This document shows positions 9,852-20,191 of a stretch of DNA of 64,000 nucleotides, piece by piece; positions within the stretch are counted from its first letter, which is position 1; the number at the start of each line of letters is the position of its first letter. Source of the stretch: a bacterium. Lineage in GTDB: Bacteria; Hinthialibacterota; Hinthialibacteria; Hinthialibacterales; Hinthialibacteraceae. The notes under the pieces were generated by a model, which was not told where the DNA came from, made no database searches, and saw only the letters and a list, made by a program, of their open reading frames with translations. The position numbers and the translations under genes were made by a program. The stretch lies in the NCBI GenBank assembly GCA_963663405.2, contig CAXXSM010000118.1, positions 128,001-192,000 of the forward strand, read 5' to 3'.

Positions 9852-10238
9852 TTACTCTTGAATCAACGCGATCGCGTCCATCTCCACAGCGACATCTTTC
9901 GGCAACCGGGAAACTTCGACCGTCGCCCGCGCAGGTTTGCTTTCAGAGAAATATTCAGAATAAATCGCGTTAAGTTCTTCGAATTTTGTTAAATCCGCCA
10001 GATAGATTGTCACTTTGACAGTATCTTCCAGGCTGGAGCCTCCCGCTTCGATCACGCTTTTCAAATTCTCCAATGACTGACGCGCCTGCGCTTCAAACGA
10101 TCCCGCAACCAGGTTTCCCGTAGTGGGATTTAGAGGAATTTGTCCCGATACAAATAAAAAACCATTTGCGGCGACAGCGGGTGAATAGGGGCCTACAGGA
10201 GGAGGCCCGTCACTAGGGGTGATTAATTTTTTAGGCAT
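9852..10238 (-). CDS. ridA: RidA/YjgF reactive imine deaminase
   Basis: GPYSPAV, FVSGQIP, VKVTIYL, PARATVEVSRLP, VEMDAIA. Confidence 0.93.
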   Translation of the reverse strand: MPKKLITPSDGPPPVGPYSPAVAANGFLFVSGQIPLNPTTGNLVAGSFEAQARQSLENLKSVIEAGGSSLEDTVKVTIYLADLTKFEELNAIYSEYFSESKPARATVEVSRLPKDVAVEMDAIALIQE

Positions 10239-10254
10239 CGAATCTCTCCTTTCT

Positions 10255-11211
10255 TTATTGACCAAATCGGACTTTATGCATGGCTTCTTCTTTCCCTGTC
10301 GATTGACAGAGAGGATCGTACAGATCGGGCCGCCGCGCTTTCAACCATCGTCTTCCAGTACAGTTATCCAATAGGGAGGGATCCAGATCGGCGGTGATTA
10401 CATCATCTCCCGCCTTCCATGTTTCCTTGAGAACGCGTCCGTAGGGATCAAGAATCATGGCGTTTCCTGTGCGTATTTCATCGTCGTCCACACCGACGCC
10501 GTTGCTGAAAACGAGAAACATCCCATTATCATGCGCTCTCGATGGCAGCCAGCGCATTAACCATCCCCGCCCCTTTGTACCACGGAATTCCTCTTCAATC
10601 GCAGCTGGATTCTGATGGCGGTTTTCCCAAAGCGCTGGATCAACAGCGCCCATCGCATGAGGGCTTCTCGAACGGCACCCACCGGTTTGATGAGGGGCGA
10701 GCAACAGATCCGTTCCCCGCAGCGCCAGCATCCGGGCGTTTTCAATAATATTATTATCGTAACAAATCAGCACGCCACAACGCCATCCAAGCGGAGTATC
10801 GAATACGGTTAATTCATTTCCACAGGCGAGTTCTGGATTGATAAACATATGGATTTTACGGTGGCAGTGAACGGTTCCATCGGGAAGAGCCACGAGGTAT
10901 GAATTATATAAGGTGTCATTTTCATCGATCTCGATGAATCCCGCGCCAACGATCATATTGTGACTCGCCGCCATTTCTTGGATCGCTTGACACATGGATC
11001 CATTGGACGCAGGTTCCGCCAACTGCATGAGTTCCGCGCGGGATAACTTGCGCAGGAACCAATACCCCGTGACACAGCATTCTGGAAACACAATCAGATC
11101 AGCCTGTTCCTCCGCTGCTTGTTTCACGAAAGATCGCATAATCTCCAAATTGGCTTCCTTATCCCCCGCAATAGATTCAAATTGAACGGATGCTACTCGG
11201 ATTGTACGCAT
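10255..11211 (-). CDS. Nitrilase / carbon-nitrogen hydrolase
   Basis: E-K-C triad motifs FPEC, HRKIH, LICYD. Confidence 0.9.
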   Translation of the reverse strand: MRTIRVASVQFESIAGDKEANLEIMRSFVKQAAEEQADLIVFPECCVTGYWFLRKLSRAELMQLAEPASNGSMCQAIQEMAASHNMIVGAGFIEIDENDTLYNSYLVALPDGTVHCHRKIHMFINPELACGNELTVFDTPLGWRCGVLICYDNNIIENARMLALRGTDLLLAPHQTGGCRSRSPHAMGAVDPALWENRHQNPAAIEEEFRGTKGRGWLMRWLPSRAHDNGMFLVFSNGVGVDDDEIRTGNAMILDPYGRVLKETWKAGDDVITADLDPSLLDNCTGRRWLKARRPDLYDPLCQSTGKEEAMHKVRFGQ

Positions 11212-11290
11212 TGGTTTTTCCTTTAGGATAAAAATTTGACTCATCCGGTAATTGAGTACAATAATAATTTTGGCAAATTGCGATCTTTGT

Positions 11291-11407
11291 TCAGGATGGC
11301 TTAATCGTCTGAACCATGATTCTAAGGATTATAGGATTACCATGATTTAAAAATCAAGAAAATCAAGCGAATCAAGTAAATCAAGGTTCAGACAATAAGG
11401 ATCCTGA
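11291..11407. repeat. Palindromic miniature element with 9-bp periodic arms (GTCTGAA..TTCAGAC family)
   Basis: Outer TCAGGAT/ATCCTGA, inner GTCTGAACC/GGTTCAGAC, AATCAAGnn x4; related element at 58517-58664. Confidence 0.75.
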
Positions 11408-11526
11408 CATAGCAGCGCTGGTCTTCAAAATTTCCCGTAAAAAGTGAATGGATTGTTGAGAAACGTACTCACTTGCCGGAAGAGCCAAAAATTTAGTAAT
11501 TGGTCAGCCATCTAAAATATGAAATT

Positions 11527-11611
11527 CCTTCCCCAAGCCTGGGGGAGGTAAGAGAGTTGATCCAACGATGCTCAATCCCCCCTCCGGCGCAAGCGCCGGT
11601 ACTTGGGGGGA
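11527..11611. repeat. REP-like GC-rich hairpin pair
   Basis: CCTTCCCCAAGCCTGGGGGAGG and CCCCC..CCGGCGCAAGCGCCGG..GGGGG. Confidence 0.55.
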
Positions 11612-11825
11612 GAATTCGCTCAATGATATCTTGTCTATTGATTATTGTTTCCATAGCGCTTCATGTGGCTGACATGATACAAAATATAAAATACTATGAT
11701 CTTCCCAACTCAAATTTCAAGCAAGACTCATAAAAAAACTGTATCAATTATGAATCCTTCCTTTTTTTAATTTTCTCCTCCTCAATTTACTACCGGGAAG
11801 GCGTTACAATGAATAGATTATTGAT

Positions 11826-13082
11826 TTGGCGAATGGTAAAAGCTACATGATCGAGACATCGAATGTTGGAAAATGCTACCGGCGATATCGCAATCCCTTC
11901 CACCGGATTTATGAACTTTGTGGATGGGGAAGCGAATGGCATGAAAAATTCTGGGCGTTAAAAAATGTATATCTGGATATAAACCGTGGATCCAGTTTTG
12001 GAATCATCGGTCCCAATGGCGCGGGAAAATCAACTTTATTAAAATTGCTTTCCGGCATCACTCAACCAACAGAAGGAAGTCTGAAGGTGGATGGATCGGT
12101 CGCATCGATTCTAGAACTGGGCACGGGATTCCATCCAGAATTTTCCGGACGCAGCAACGTCTATTTGAACTGCGCTTTACAAGGATATACCCGTGAAGAA
12201 ACGGACAATCTTCTTCCCCGGATCATTGAATTCTCTGAATTAGAAGATTTCATCGATCAACCAGTACGCACCTATTCCACCGGGATGTACCTTCGCTTGG
12301 CTTTCGCCGTCGCGACAACGGTTGATCCTGATGTATTGATTGTAGACGAAGCGCTGGCAGTCGGCGACGAGCGGTTCCGAAATAAATGCCTCGATAAGAT
12401 GAACGAATTCAAAGCCGCTGGAAAGACAATCCTATTCGTTTCTCACGACCTGGCGACGGTTCGTCATTTTTGCTCCCATGTCGCATTGCTTGACAAGGGA
12501 CAGATTCTCGCGCGCGGCGCGCCGGATGAAGTGCTGGATCAATATCTGGAAATGACGCATCGGGATAAAATACAGAAATCCGGCGCTGAGAGTTCTGGAT
12601 CAAACGCGCCTCGATGGGGATCGGCGGAAATCCAAATCGAACGGGTATTCATGAAAGACGCTCAAGGCCGCCAGACGGCCTTATTCGACACTCATTCCCC
12701 CGTCACGATTGAAGCGGAATTTCAAGTCAAAGCGCCGGTTCGCGGAGTGGTCTTTGGGTACCAGTTCTTCCGTTCCGACGGCGCTTACGTTCATGGTTCC
12801 AACCATTTTTGGCACAAAGAACCGGTCGCGTATGACTTTTTGAAATCCGGCGAGCGAGGGATCACGCGTTGTATCATCCCCGATCTGCCATTACTTCCTG
12901 GACAATATTATTTAACCCACTGCTGTTATAACAATTTTGACGGATTCCCAAAAGCCGTCGATCATTGGGAACGGGTCATCAATTTCACCATCAGTCAACG
13001 ATCGACCGATCAACACGGAATCTTCGCGATGGACACCGATTGGACGCTCGAACGAATCGAAATGGATGATAGAAATGAATGA
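11826..13082 (+). CDS. wzt: Polysaccharide ABC exporter ATPase with C-terminal Wzt_C domain
   Basis: FWALKNV, GPNGAGKST, LELGTGFHPE, TYSTGMYLRLAFA, DEALAVGD, VSHD; C-terminal LPLLPGQY Ig-like domain. Confidence 0.92.
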   Translation: MANGKSYMIETSNVGKCYRRYRNPFHRIYELCGWGSEWHEKFWALKNVYLDINRGSSFGIIGPNGAGKSTLLKLLSGITQPTEGSLKVDGSVASILELGTGFHPEFSGRSNVYLNCALQGYTREETDNLLPRIIEFSELEDFIDQPVRTYSTGMYLRLAFAVATTVDPDVLIVDEALAVGDERFRNKCLDKMNEFKAAGKTILFVSHDLATVRHFCSHVALLDKGQILARGAPDEVLDQYLEMTHRDKIQKSGAESSGSNAPRWGSAEIQIERVFMKDAQGRQTALFDTHSPVTIEAEFQVKAPVRGVVFGYQFFRSDGAYVHGSNHFWHKEPVAYDFLKSGERGITRCIIPDLPLLPGQYYLTHCCYNNFDGFPKAVDHWERVINFTISQRSTDQHGIFAMDTDWTLERIEMDDRNE

Positions 13083-16000
13083 AAACACAAACACATTATC
13101 CAGTCATCCGCTGGACCGGCTGTATGACCGGGGATACTTTCATGGAGAAGGAAGCGGTTATAATTCAGAAGGCTATCAAAATGAACATGCGGACTGGTCC
13201 GCGTTATTGAATTTGATGCGCGAAGAAAGCGCCGGTTCAATCCGCTGGCTGGATATTGGCTGCGCGTTCGGATACCTTATCGAACAGGCCGAACAGCGTG
13301 ATATTGAAGCATATGGCGTCGATATCAGTTCATACGCCCTGCGCCAATCCTCCAAGGCGCAAGGGAAATTGAGTATGACAAACGCGGAGGCGCTGCCATT
13401 TCCAGACGATTCATTCGACGTTGTCTCTTGTTTCGATCTTGTTGAACATCTCTCCAATCCAGCGCTGGTGATCGAGGAAGCCCAGCGTGTTTTAAAACCC
13501 TACGGAATTCTTTTGATTTCCACTCCTGATCCGATTCATTTCAACCGGGAGGAACCGACACATGTTCATGAACGCCCCCCATCCTACTGGGTGCATCTAT
13601 TGGAACGGATGGGATTCGACGCCGCTCTCCGGTTTGGCGGCCGCCCCTACGAGATAGAACTACTCGCGGCTAATGAAGGGAACGAACGCTGGGAATCCCT
13701 ATCCCGGAAATTCCGGCGTCTACCAACGCCTGACGCTGAATGGATCGTTTCTGATAATGAACGCCTTTTCTTTGCGCCTCGAAATCCGCATTTCGATCGG
13801 AAAATTGAAAAACGATTCGCTTCTCTATTTCCTGAATCCTTCCAATACGCCACTGCGCCTTACGATCTCCATGCGAATATCAGATGAAAGTCACCCCAAC
13901 CTTTATCTAGAAGATCGAAAGATCCAATATCAAGGAAAAACACAAGAAGACGGCGTTTTCGTACATCAATGGTGTGAATTCACACTTCTACCAGGAGGCC
14001 GGGATCTATCTATCCGCCTTGAAAGCGATCCACTCATCATTGACCGTATTGAATTATCAGCGCGTCCATCTGACCGGGAAACCTGTTTGATGGATTTCGC
14101 ATTCGATCATTACCAACGTTACCAACTTGTTTCAGAAATCATTGACGCAATCTCCTGTAAACGGTTGTCCGTGCTGGATGTAGGGGGGGCGCGCGGGATG
14201 CTTTCTCTCTTTGCGCCGCAACATGAAGTCACTCAACTGGACTTGGTTTGGGAAGACACTCCCGGCGCGGTGAAATACGATGGCGGCGCGTTTCCATATA
14301 AGGACCGTTCGTTTGATATTGTTGTCGCGGCCGATACATTGGAACACGTTCCAAAAGAGCGGCGGGAAGCGCTGTTGGATGAACTGATCCGTGTATCGGA
14401 TCAGGCGGTGGTTTTATGTGGACCATACGATGAGCCCAATGTTTGTGACGCGGAAAACGTGATCCGTACATTTATCGGCGCGCAGTTGGGTAGAACCGAT
14501 CGGTTTTTAGAAGAACATGCGCTGTATGGACTTCCCGACCGTCAAACCGTTCGAAGATATCTAGCGAGAACCGGTATGACCGTAACGGAAATCCCAAACG
14601 GTTATTTATCCCGCTGGCTATCAATGCAGCTGGCCTCATACGCGCTGGGTGTCGCGCCGGAACTCGAAGAAGGCAAAGCCCGGTTCAACGCCATCTATAA
14701 TTCGAACTATTACCGCAGCGACAACCGATTTCCTTCTTACCGCATCGCCGCAGTCGCAACCCGCACGAAGCCTTCCTCCGAATTGGAACGCGCGCTGCAC
14801 AATTTAATCGGCGCCGATGGGAAACATGAAGATTTCGTCATGTGGAACGTCGCCTCACTAATCGTTGGGATTTCCAATTATGGATTAATTCGTGAGAAAG
14901 AGACCACGGCGGGAAAACAGATCGAGCGAATCGGCGCGCTTTTAGATCATTCGAGACATCTAGAGCATGATTTAAGAGAATTGCTGAGCCATATTACAAA
15001 CCTCGAAAGCGAGATTAAAGAAGAAGGCGCGCTGCGTAAAAAACTGGTCGAACACACCGATAATATTGACGAAATCCTGGGAAAACAAAAGAATCATTTT
15101 GAATCGGTCGAAGGTCATATTAAGAATTTAGACACTCTCTTATTTGAACAGCAAAAGCACACCTCCAATTCGCACACCCTTAATGAAGAGTTGCAAAAAC
15201 AATTCAGAGGTCTTCAAGATCATATTAAAAACCTGGACAAGCAGATCGCCGAACGTGACGAAACCTATGCGCAATCGCACAAACACATCCAGAATCTAGA
15301 TCAACACAATCAAAACCGAGACCAATTTCTTGCCAGTCTTCAAGATCACCTCCAGAATCTTGACACCCGTGATAATGAACTGCAGGAACGATTGGCGCAA
15401 ATCCAACAGCATGCGGACAACCTTTCCACGATTATCCAAGAAAAAGACTCTGCGCTCGAAAATACGCTGCAACACGCGTCCAACCTGGAAGCGATTATCA
15501 GCGAACTTAAAACCCATATCCAACAACTTGACACTCACAATAAAAACCTAGAAACCAATAGACAAGAACAAGCCAAAATGCAGGCGGATCTTCTCTCCTC
15601 GTCACAAACACATGGCAAAAATCTGGAAACGCTGCTTTCCCACTCGCAGGCCCACGCAAATAATCTTGAAGATCAGCTGCGGAATCAGAATGAAAATTGG
15701 AGAGTTCAACTCGCCGCTTCACAAGATCACGCAAATAACTTAGAACACTTGTTGAGCGATCTAAACGAAAGACTCGCTGGTCAGCAGGCGCACGCGAAAA
15801 ACTTGGAAACAATGCTCCAGGAAAAAGAACAGCAATACCAGAAAGTACATGAATCCCTAACAGAAACACAAAGTAAACTGGATACAGTCAATACTGAGAA
15901 TCAATTCTTAAGAGAGACACTAAAACAAATGACGCCCAAAATGAATCAATTGGCGGGAGAGATGGAACAGATTACAGCGGGCGCTAATAAGTTCGATCTT

Positions 16001-16186
16001 CGGTCCGCGGAAACGTTCTCTCCCGAAATCGCCGATCTATTGGAGGCATTAAATCAAGGGATTCATCGTTTGAATACAAAACGGAAACAGTGGGATCAAG
16101 CCTGCGCCTCGATGGAATCTTCGTTTGGCTATAAACTCTTCGCTCATCTCGGATGGATCCCGCGTTTGGAGGAACCGGCGGACTGA
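13075..16186 (+). CDS. Dual SAM-methyltransferase plus long coiled-coil protein (WbdD-like), split by an apparent +1 frameshift near 13800
   Basis: ORF 13075-13887 (LDIGCAFG, LPFPDDSFD) overlaps ORF 13673-16186 (LDVGGARG, SFDIVVAADTLEH, coiled coil). The second ORF lacks a convincing start. ATGAATGA overlap with wzt. Confidence 0.75.
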
Positions 16187-17985
16187 TGAAAATCTTACAA
16201 GTGATTCACGACTTTTTGCCCAATCATCAGGCTGGTTCTGAACTCTATTGCTATCATTTGAGCAAATCGCTTCAGTCTCTTGGTCATGACGCGCGGCTTC
16301 TATTCACGGAAATCGATCATAACCGGCGGCAATACGAGACGCGCGAAGGAACCTATGACGGATTACCGTTTTATGAAATCGTCAACAATCATTCCTATTC
16401 CAGTGTCGCTGAAACCTACAACAATCCAGCCATCGAAGAAATATTCACACAATCTATTCAAGAATTTCAACCCGATGTAGCGCATTTCCATCACCTTCTC
16501 GGACTCTCCTATGGCTGTGTTCGAATTTGCAAGGAAAACGGGATCCCCGTTTTTTTTACCCTGCATGATTATTGGTTGACGTGTCTCCGGGGGGGTGGAC
16601 AGCGTTTCCGCGCTGATTGTGATGTCTGTCACGATGTGGATACAAGCCTCTGCGCCGAGTGTGTCTCCCAATTCTCGTTTTCCGGACGCTTAGGCAATCG
16701 TTTTGTAAAGAAAGTACTGAATTCGTTTGAACGAAACGTGGATTTTTCTCTCATCCCCGCTATGCGGCAAGGCCGGATTAAAACAGATCATCGCGATTTC
16801 GTCTCCTTTGGACGCTGTGAGATCGATGGCGATTCCCGCGATGTAGTTTTCGCGCATCCGTTTTCACGTATTACATTCCACCGGAACGTCCCGGAAGACG
16901 CCTCCCTGACATTTGCTATCGCAATGGCGCCTTCCACCTACGATAAAAGCGGAGATGGCGTGTCGTTCCAAATCACCTGTAATGGAGAATCTATTTACGA
17001 ATGTTTTTTGAACGCCAAAGAAAATCCAGAGGATCGCGGTTGGCGTCAGGTCACACTCCCGCTTAAAGCTTTCGCAGGCAAAAAACGAGAATTTGTCTTT
17101 GAAACGAATGCTCAACCTACTGGCCGGCCTGATTACTGCGCAGCCTGCTGGGCGGAACCAAAAATCCTGCCTACCAGCGGACAGCGTTATCAGCCCAGTT
17201 TACTCGACCGATTCCGGCGTGGGACCGAACTTATTCTGTCAAGATTACAGAAACGATCATTAAAGCGGGAAGCTGATCTTCGCAAGGAGGCTACACGGCG
17301 CTTATTCGAACAGGTCGATCTCTTTATCGCGCCCTCGCCCTTTCTACGATCCAAGTTCATCGAATTCGGCGTCAATCCCAAGACAATCGCCTTTTCTGAT
17401 TATGGGATCGCTCCAATCCAGATCCCCAGTGATCCACGCCCACCCCGGCGCCCTATACGATTTACTTTCGTCGGCACATTGGTGAAGCACAAAGGGCTTC
17501 ATGTTCTCATTGAAGCGTTCAACGGCCTGCCACATGACGCGGCGATTTTAAATGTATACGGATCTTTAGATGAATTCGAAGGTTACGTCGCGCGTGTCAA
17601 AGCCGCGATCGCCCATCCAGGAATCGCGCTTCGAGGACGCGTTGAAAATCAGGATATCCCCACCATCCTCGCGGAGACTGACGCTCTGATCGTGCCTTCA
17701 ATCTGGTTCGAAAATTCACCGATTACGATTCATGAAGCGTTTTTGGCCCGTGTCCCCGTCATTACCGCGCGATTCGGAGGGATGGCCGATTTAGTAAAAG
17801 ATGAGGTGAATGGATTATTATTCGAAGTTGGGAATCCAGATGATTTATGGCGTGTTTTAACACGATGCGTCAATAAGCCTGAATTGCTCGAAACGCTTCG
17901 CCCCGATCCTAAATCCGTCAAATCGCTGGAGGCGGACGCCGAATGGATGCAAGATCAATACAGCCAATTCATTAAAAAAATATAA
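16186..17985 (+). CDS. Glycosyltransferase family 4 with an inserted beta-sandwich domain
   Basis: MKILQVIHDFLP, TLHDYW, HKGLHVL, PSIWFENSPITIHEA; TGATG coupling to the upstream gene. Confidence 0.88.
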   Translation: MKILQVIHDFLPNHQAGSELYCYHLSKSLQSLGHDARLLFTEIDHNRRQYETREGTYDGLPFYEIVNNHSYSSVAETYNNPAIEEIFTQSIQEFQPDVAHFHHLLGLSYGCVRICKENGIPVFFTLHDYWLTCLRGGGQRFRADCDVCHDVDTSLCAECVSQFSFSGRLGNRFVKKVLNSFERNVDFSLIPAMRQGRIKTDHRDFVSFGRCEIDGDSRDVVFAHPFSRITFHRNVPEDASLTFAIAMAPSTYDKSGDGVSFQITCNGESIYECFLNAKENPEDRGWRQVTLPLKAFAGKKREFVFETNAQPTGRPDYCAACWAEPKILPTSGQRYQPSLLDRFRRGTELILSRLQKRSLKREADLRKEATRRLFEQVDLFIAPSPFLRSKFIEFGVNPKTIAFSDYGIAPIQIPSDPRPPRRPIRFTFVGTLVKHKGLHVLIEAFNGLPHDAAILNVYGSLDEFEGYVARVKAAIAHPGIALRGRVENQDIPTILAETDALIVPSIWFENSPITIHEAFLARVPVITARFGGMADLVKDEVNGLLFEVGNPDDLWRVLTRCVNKPELLETLRPDPKSVKSLEADAEWMQDQYSQFIKKI

Positions 17986-18236
17986 AACCGAATCGGATTG
18001 TACGATCTGGGAGTTTGATTCTATTACACAGGGGATACAATACTTAATAGAGATTTCCACGAGCAAACTTACGATAATTCAACTCTTTTCGAATAGAATA
18101 CGCTGTTGATTTCATCCGGAAGGCCCCTGGCGGCCTTTCTTGTTGTGATGAGTGGATCTGCGTGGGCTGTGATTATAAAGTACATCCTTATCAATATACT
18201 ATATACTATGCGCCATTCTATGAAAGGAAATCACCG

Positions 18237-19640
18237 ATGAAAGTCCTTGTTCTGAATTGTGGGAGTTCGTCCGTTAAGTTTCAATTGATCGAGACCGATA
18301 CGGAAACGGCTCTGTTACGTGGATTGGTCGAGAAGATCGGTTCTTCGTCCGGCGTGCTGTCGTTCCGGGCGGAAGGGGATCGTGATTTTCGTGAAGTTCG
18401 TGAGGTTGTCGATCATGAGGAGGCCGTCAGTCTTGTTCTCTCCATCCTCTCCCACCCGGATCAAGGAGTGGTCTCCTCCCTGGAAGAGATCAGCGCCGTC
18501 GGTCACCGTGTCGTCCATGGGGGGCAGTCTTTTTCAGAATCCGTCATCATTACCGATGAAGTGATTAAAGAGATCGAATACTGCTGCCAATTCGCGCCGC
18601 TTCACAATCCGCACAACCTTAGAGGAATCGAAGCGGTTAAAAAACCGTTGCCTTCGATTTTCCAAGTCGCGGTATTTGATACAGCGTTCCATCAACATAT
18701 GCCTGCAAAAGCCTTCTTATACGGCCTGCCCTATGGTTTATACGAAAAACGAGGCATCCGGAAATACGGTTTCCATGGAACCTCGCACCGGTTCGTCGCG
18801 CAACGAGCGGCGGAAATCCTCGGCAAACCACTTAACGAGATTCGGATCGTCACATGCCATCTGGGCAATGGTTCCAGCATCGCGGCGGTGAAGGATGGAT
18901 CATCGGTCGACACGTCAATGGGATTCACGCCACTGGAAGGCTTGATCATGGGAACGCGATGCGGTGATATCGATCCCGCCATTGTGCCGTATCTGATGGA
19001 AGTGGAAAAACTGTCCAGCAAGAAAATCGATTCCCTGATGAATAAATCCAGCGGTCTAATAGGCTTGACGGAAACCTCGAACGACATGCGTGAGATCGAA
19101 CAGGAAGCGTCCGCCGGCAGTGAACGCCATCAACTGGCCCTCGAAATGGTCGCTTATCGCATCCGCAAGTATCTTGGCGCCTACGCCTTTGTTCTCGGCG
19201 GTCTCGACGCGGTGGTCTTTACGGGTGGCATTGGAGAGAACTCCCGCGCCGTGAGAAAACTGGTTCTCAAAGGGCTGGATTTCGCGGGATTAAAATTGGA
19301 TGAGGAAAAGAATGAGCAAAACGCTGAGAACATCAGCTCCGGCCCCGTCAAAGCCCTAATCATTCCAACAAATGAAGAACTTGCGATCGCGCGGGACACA
19401 GCGGCGTTATACGAATCCATGAGCAAGCAATCCGAATCCGCCGCCAGCGAAACCCCGGCTTTAACAGCGGATGAAAAACGCGAATTGGTGCTCCTCTGGG
19501 CCAACAATCCTAACATGAATCAATTTGAGCTCGTGACATTGTTCAATCAAAAATCCGGGAAGAGCTATTCCGTAGATACATTAAGCGCGGAATTGAAATC
19601 GTTAGGTTTGGACTCCTCTTCTGCGAAAATCAGAGCGTAA
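18237..19640 (+). CDS. ackA: Acetate kinase with C-terminal HTH-like extension
   Basis: VLNCGSSS, GHRVVHGG, APLHNP, FDTAFH, YGFHGTSH, CHLGNG, DTSMGFTPLEG, FTGGIGEN and PTNEE all intact; about 75 extra residues follow. Confidence 0.93.
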   Translation: MKVLVLNCGSSSVKFQLIETDTETALLRGLVEKIGSSSGVLSFRAEGDRDFREVREVVDHEEAVSLVLSILSHPDQGVVSSLEEISAVGHRVVHGGQSFSESVIITDEVIKEIEYCCQFAPLHNPHNLRGIEAVKKPLPSIFQVAVFDTAFHQHMPAKAFLYGLPYGLYEKRGIRKYGFHGTSHRFVAQRAAEILGKPLNEIRIVTCHLGNGSSIAAVKDGSSVDTSMGFTPLEGLIMGTRCGDIDPAIVPYLMEVEKLSSKKIDSLMNKSSGLIGLTETSNDMREIEQEASAGSERHQLALEMVAYRIRKYLGAYAFVLGGLDAVVFTGGIGENSRAVRKLVLKGLDFAGLKLDEEKNEQNAENISSGPVKALIIPTNEELAIARDTAALYESMSKQSESAASETPALTADEKRELVLLWANNPNMNQFELVTLFNQKSGKSYSVDTLSAELKSLGLDSSSAKIRA

Positions 19641-19664
19641 GCGTAACACAAAGGAGCGAACAAA

Positions 19665-20168
19665 GTGAAAACTCTCAATACAGAACGCAGTGGTTGGTTG
19701 TTGGCTCGGGTATGGCTGAATTCGCTGGAAGAGACCGCCCGGGATTTTCATGGCACATATCCTAAACCTTTTCTCTCACGAGCGTATGAACACGCGACGG
19801 GAGCCTGGCTCAGTATCCTGCAGGATGAATATGGATTGGAAATCAAAAAATGCCATGGAATTAAGGAAGCGATTGAGCGGTATATCGAAATCGGTGTAAA
19901 GGGTGGATTATTCCAAGACGCCAGTTACTTCCAGATCAAAGAAATCAATCCGAACAAAGTGGAAGTGAATATTCTTGTCTGCCCTTACGCGAAAAATTGG
20001 CGGGATTCGGTTGGGCAGGGATTTTCCAAACGGGATATTTCGAACGCGCGCATCGGTTGTTTCGCCGCAGCCGTGAAGATTTTAGCGGATATCCCCTGCA
20101 CCTATGAAGTCACCAGTGTCGATAACGAGGCGGAAGGCGCCTATCGCGGCTATATCGAACGCATGTAG
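19665..20168 (+). CDS. V4R / methanogen-output-domain-like small protein
   Basis: Helical N-terminal half, then VEVNILVCPY...RIGCF...CTYEV...YRGYI; AAGGAG RBS and GTG start. Confidence 0.5.
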   Translation: MKTLNTERSGWLLARVWLNSLEETARDFHGTYPKPFLSRAYEHATGAWLSILQDEYGLEIKKCHGIKEAIERYIEIGVKGGLFQDASYFQIKEINPNKVEVNILVCPYAKNWRDSVGQGFSKRDISNARIGCFAAAVKILADIPCTYEVTSVDNEAEGAYRGYIERM

Positions 20169-20191
20169 CGAAACGGAGAGATTCGGTAACC

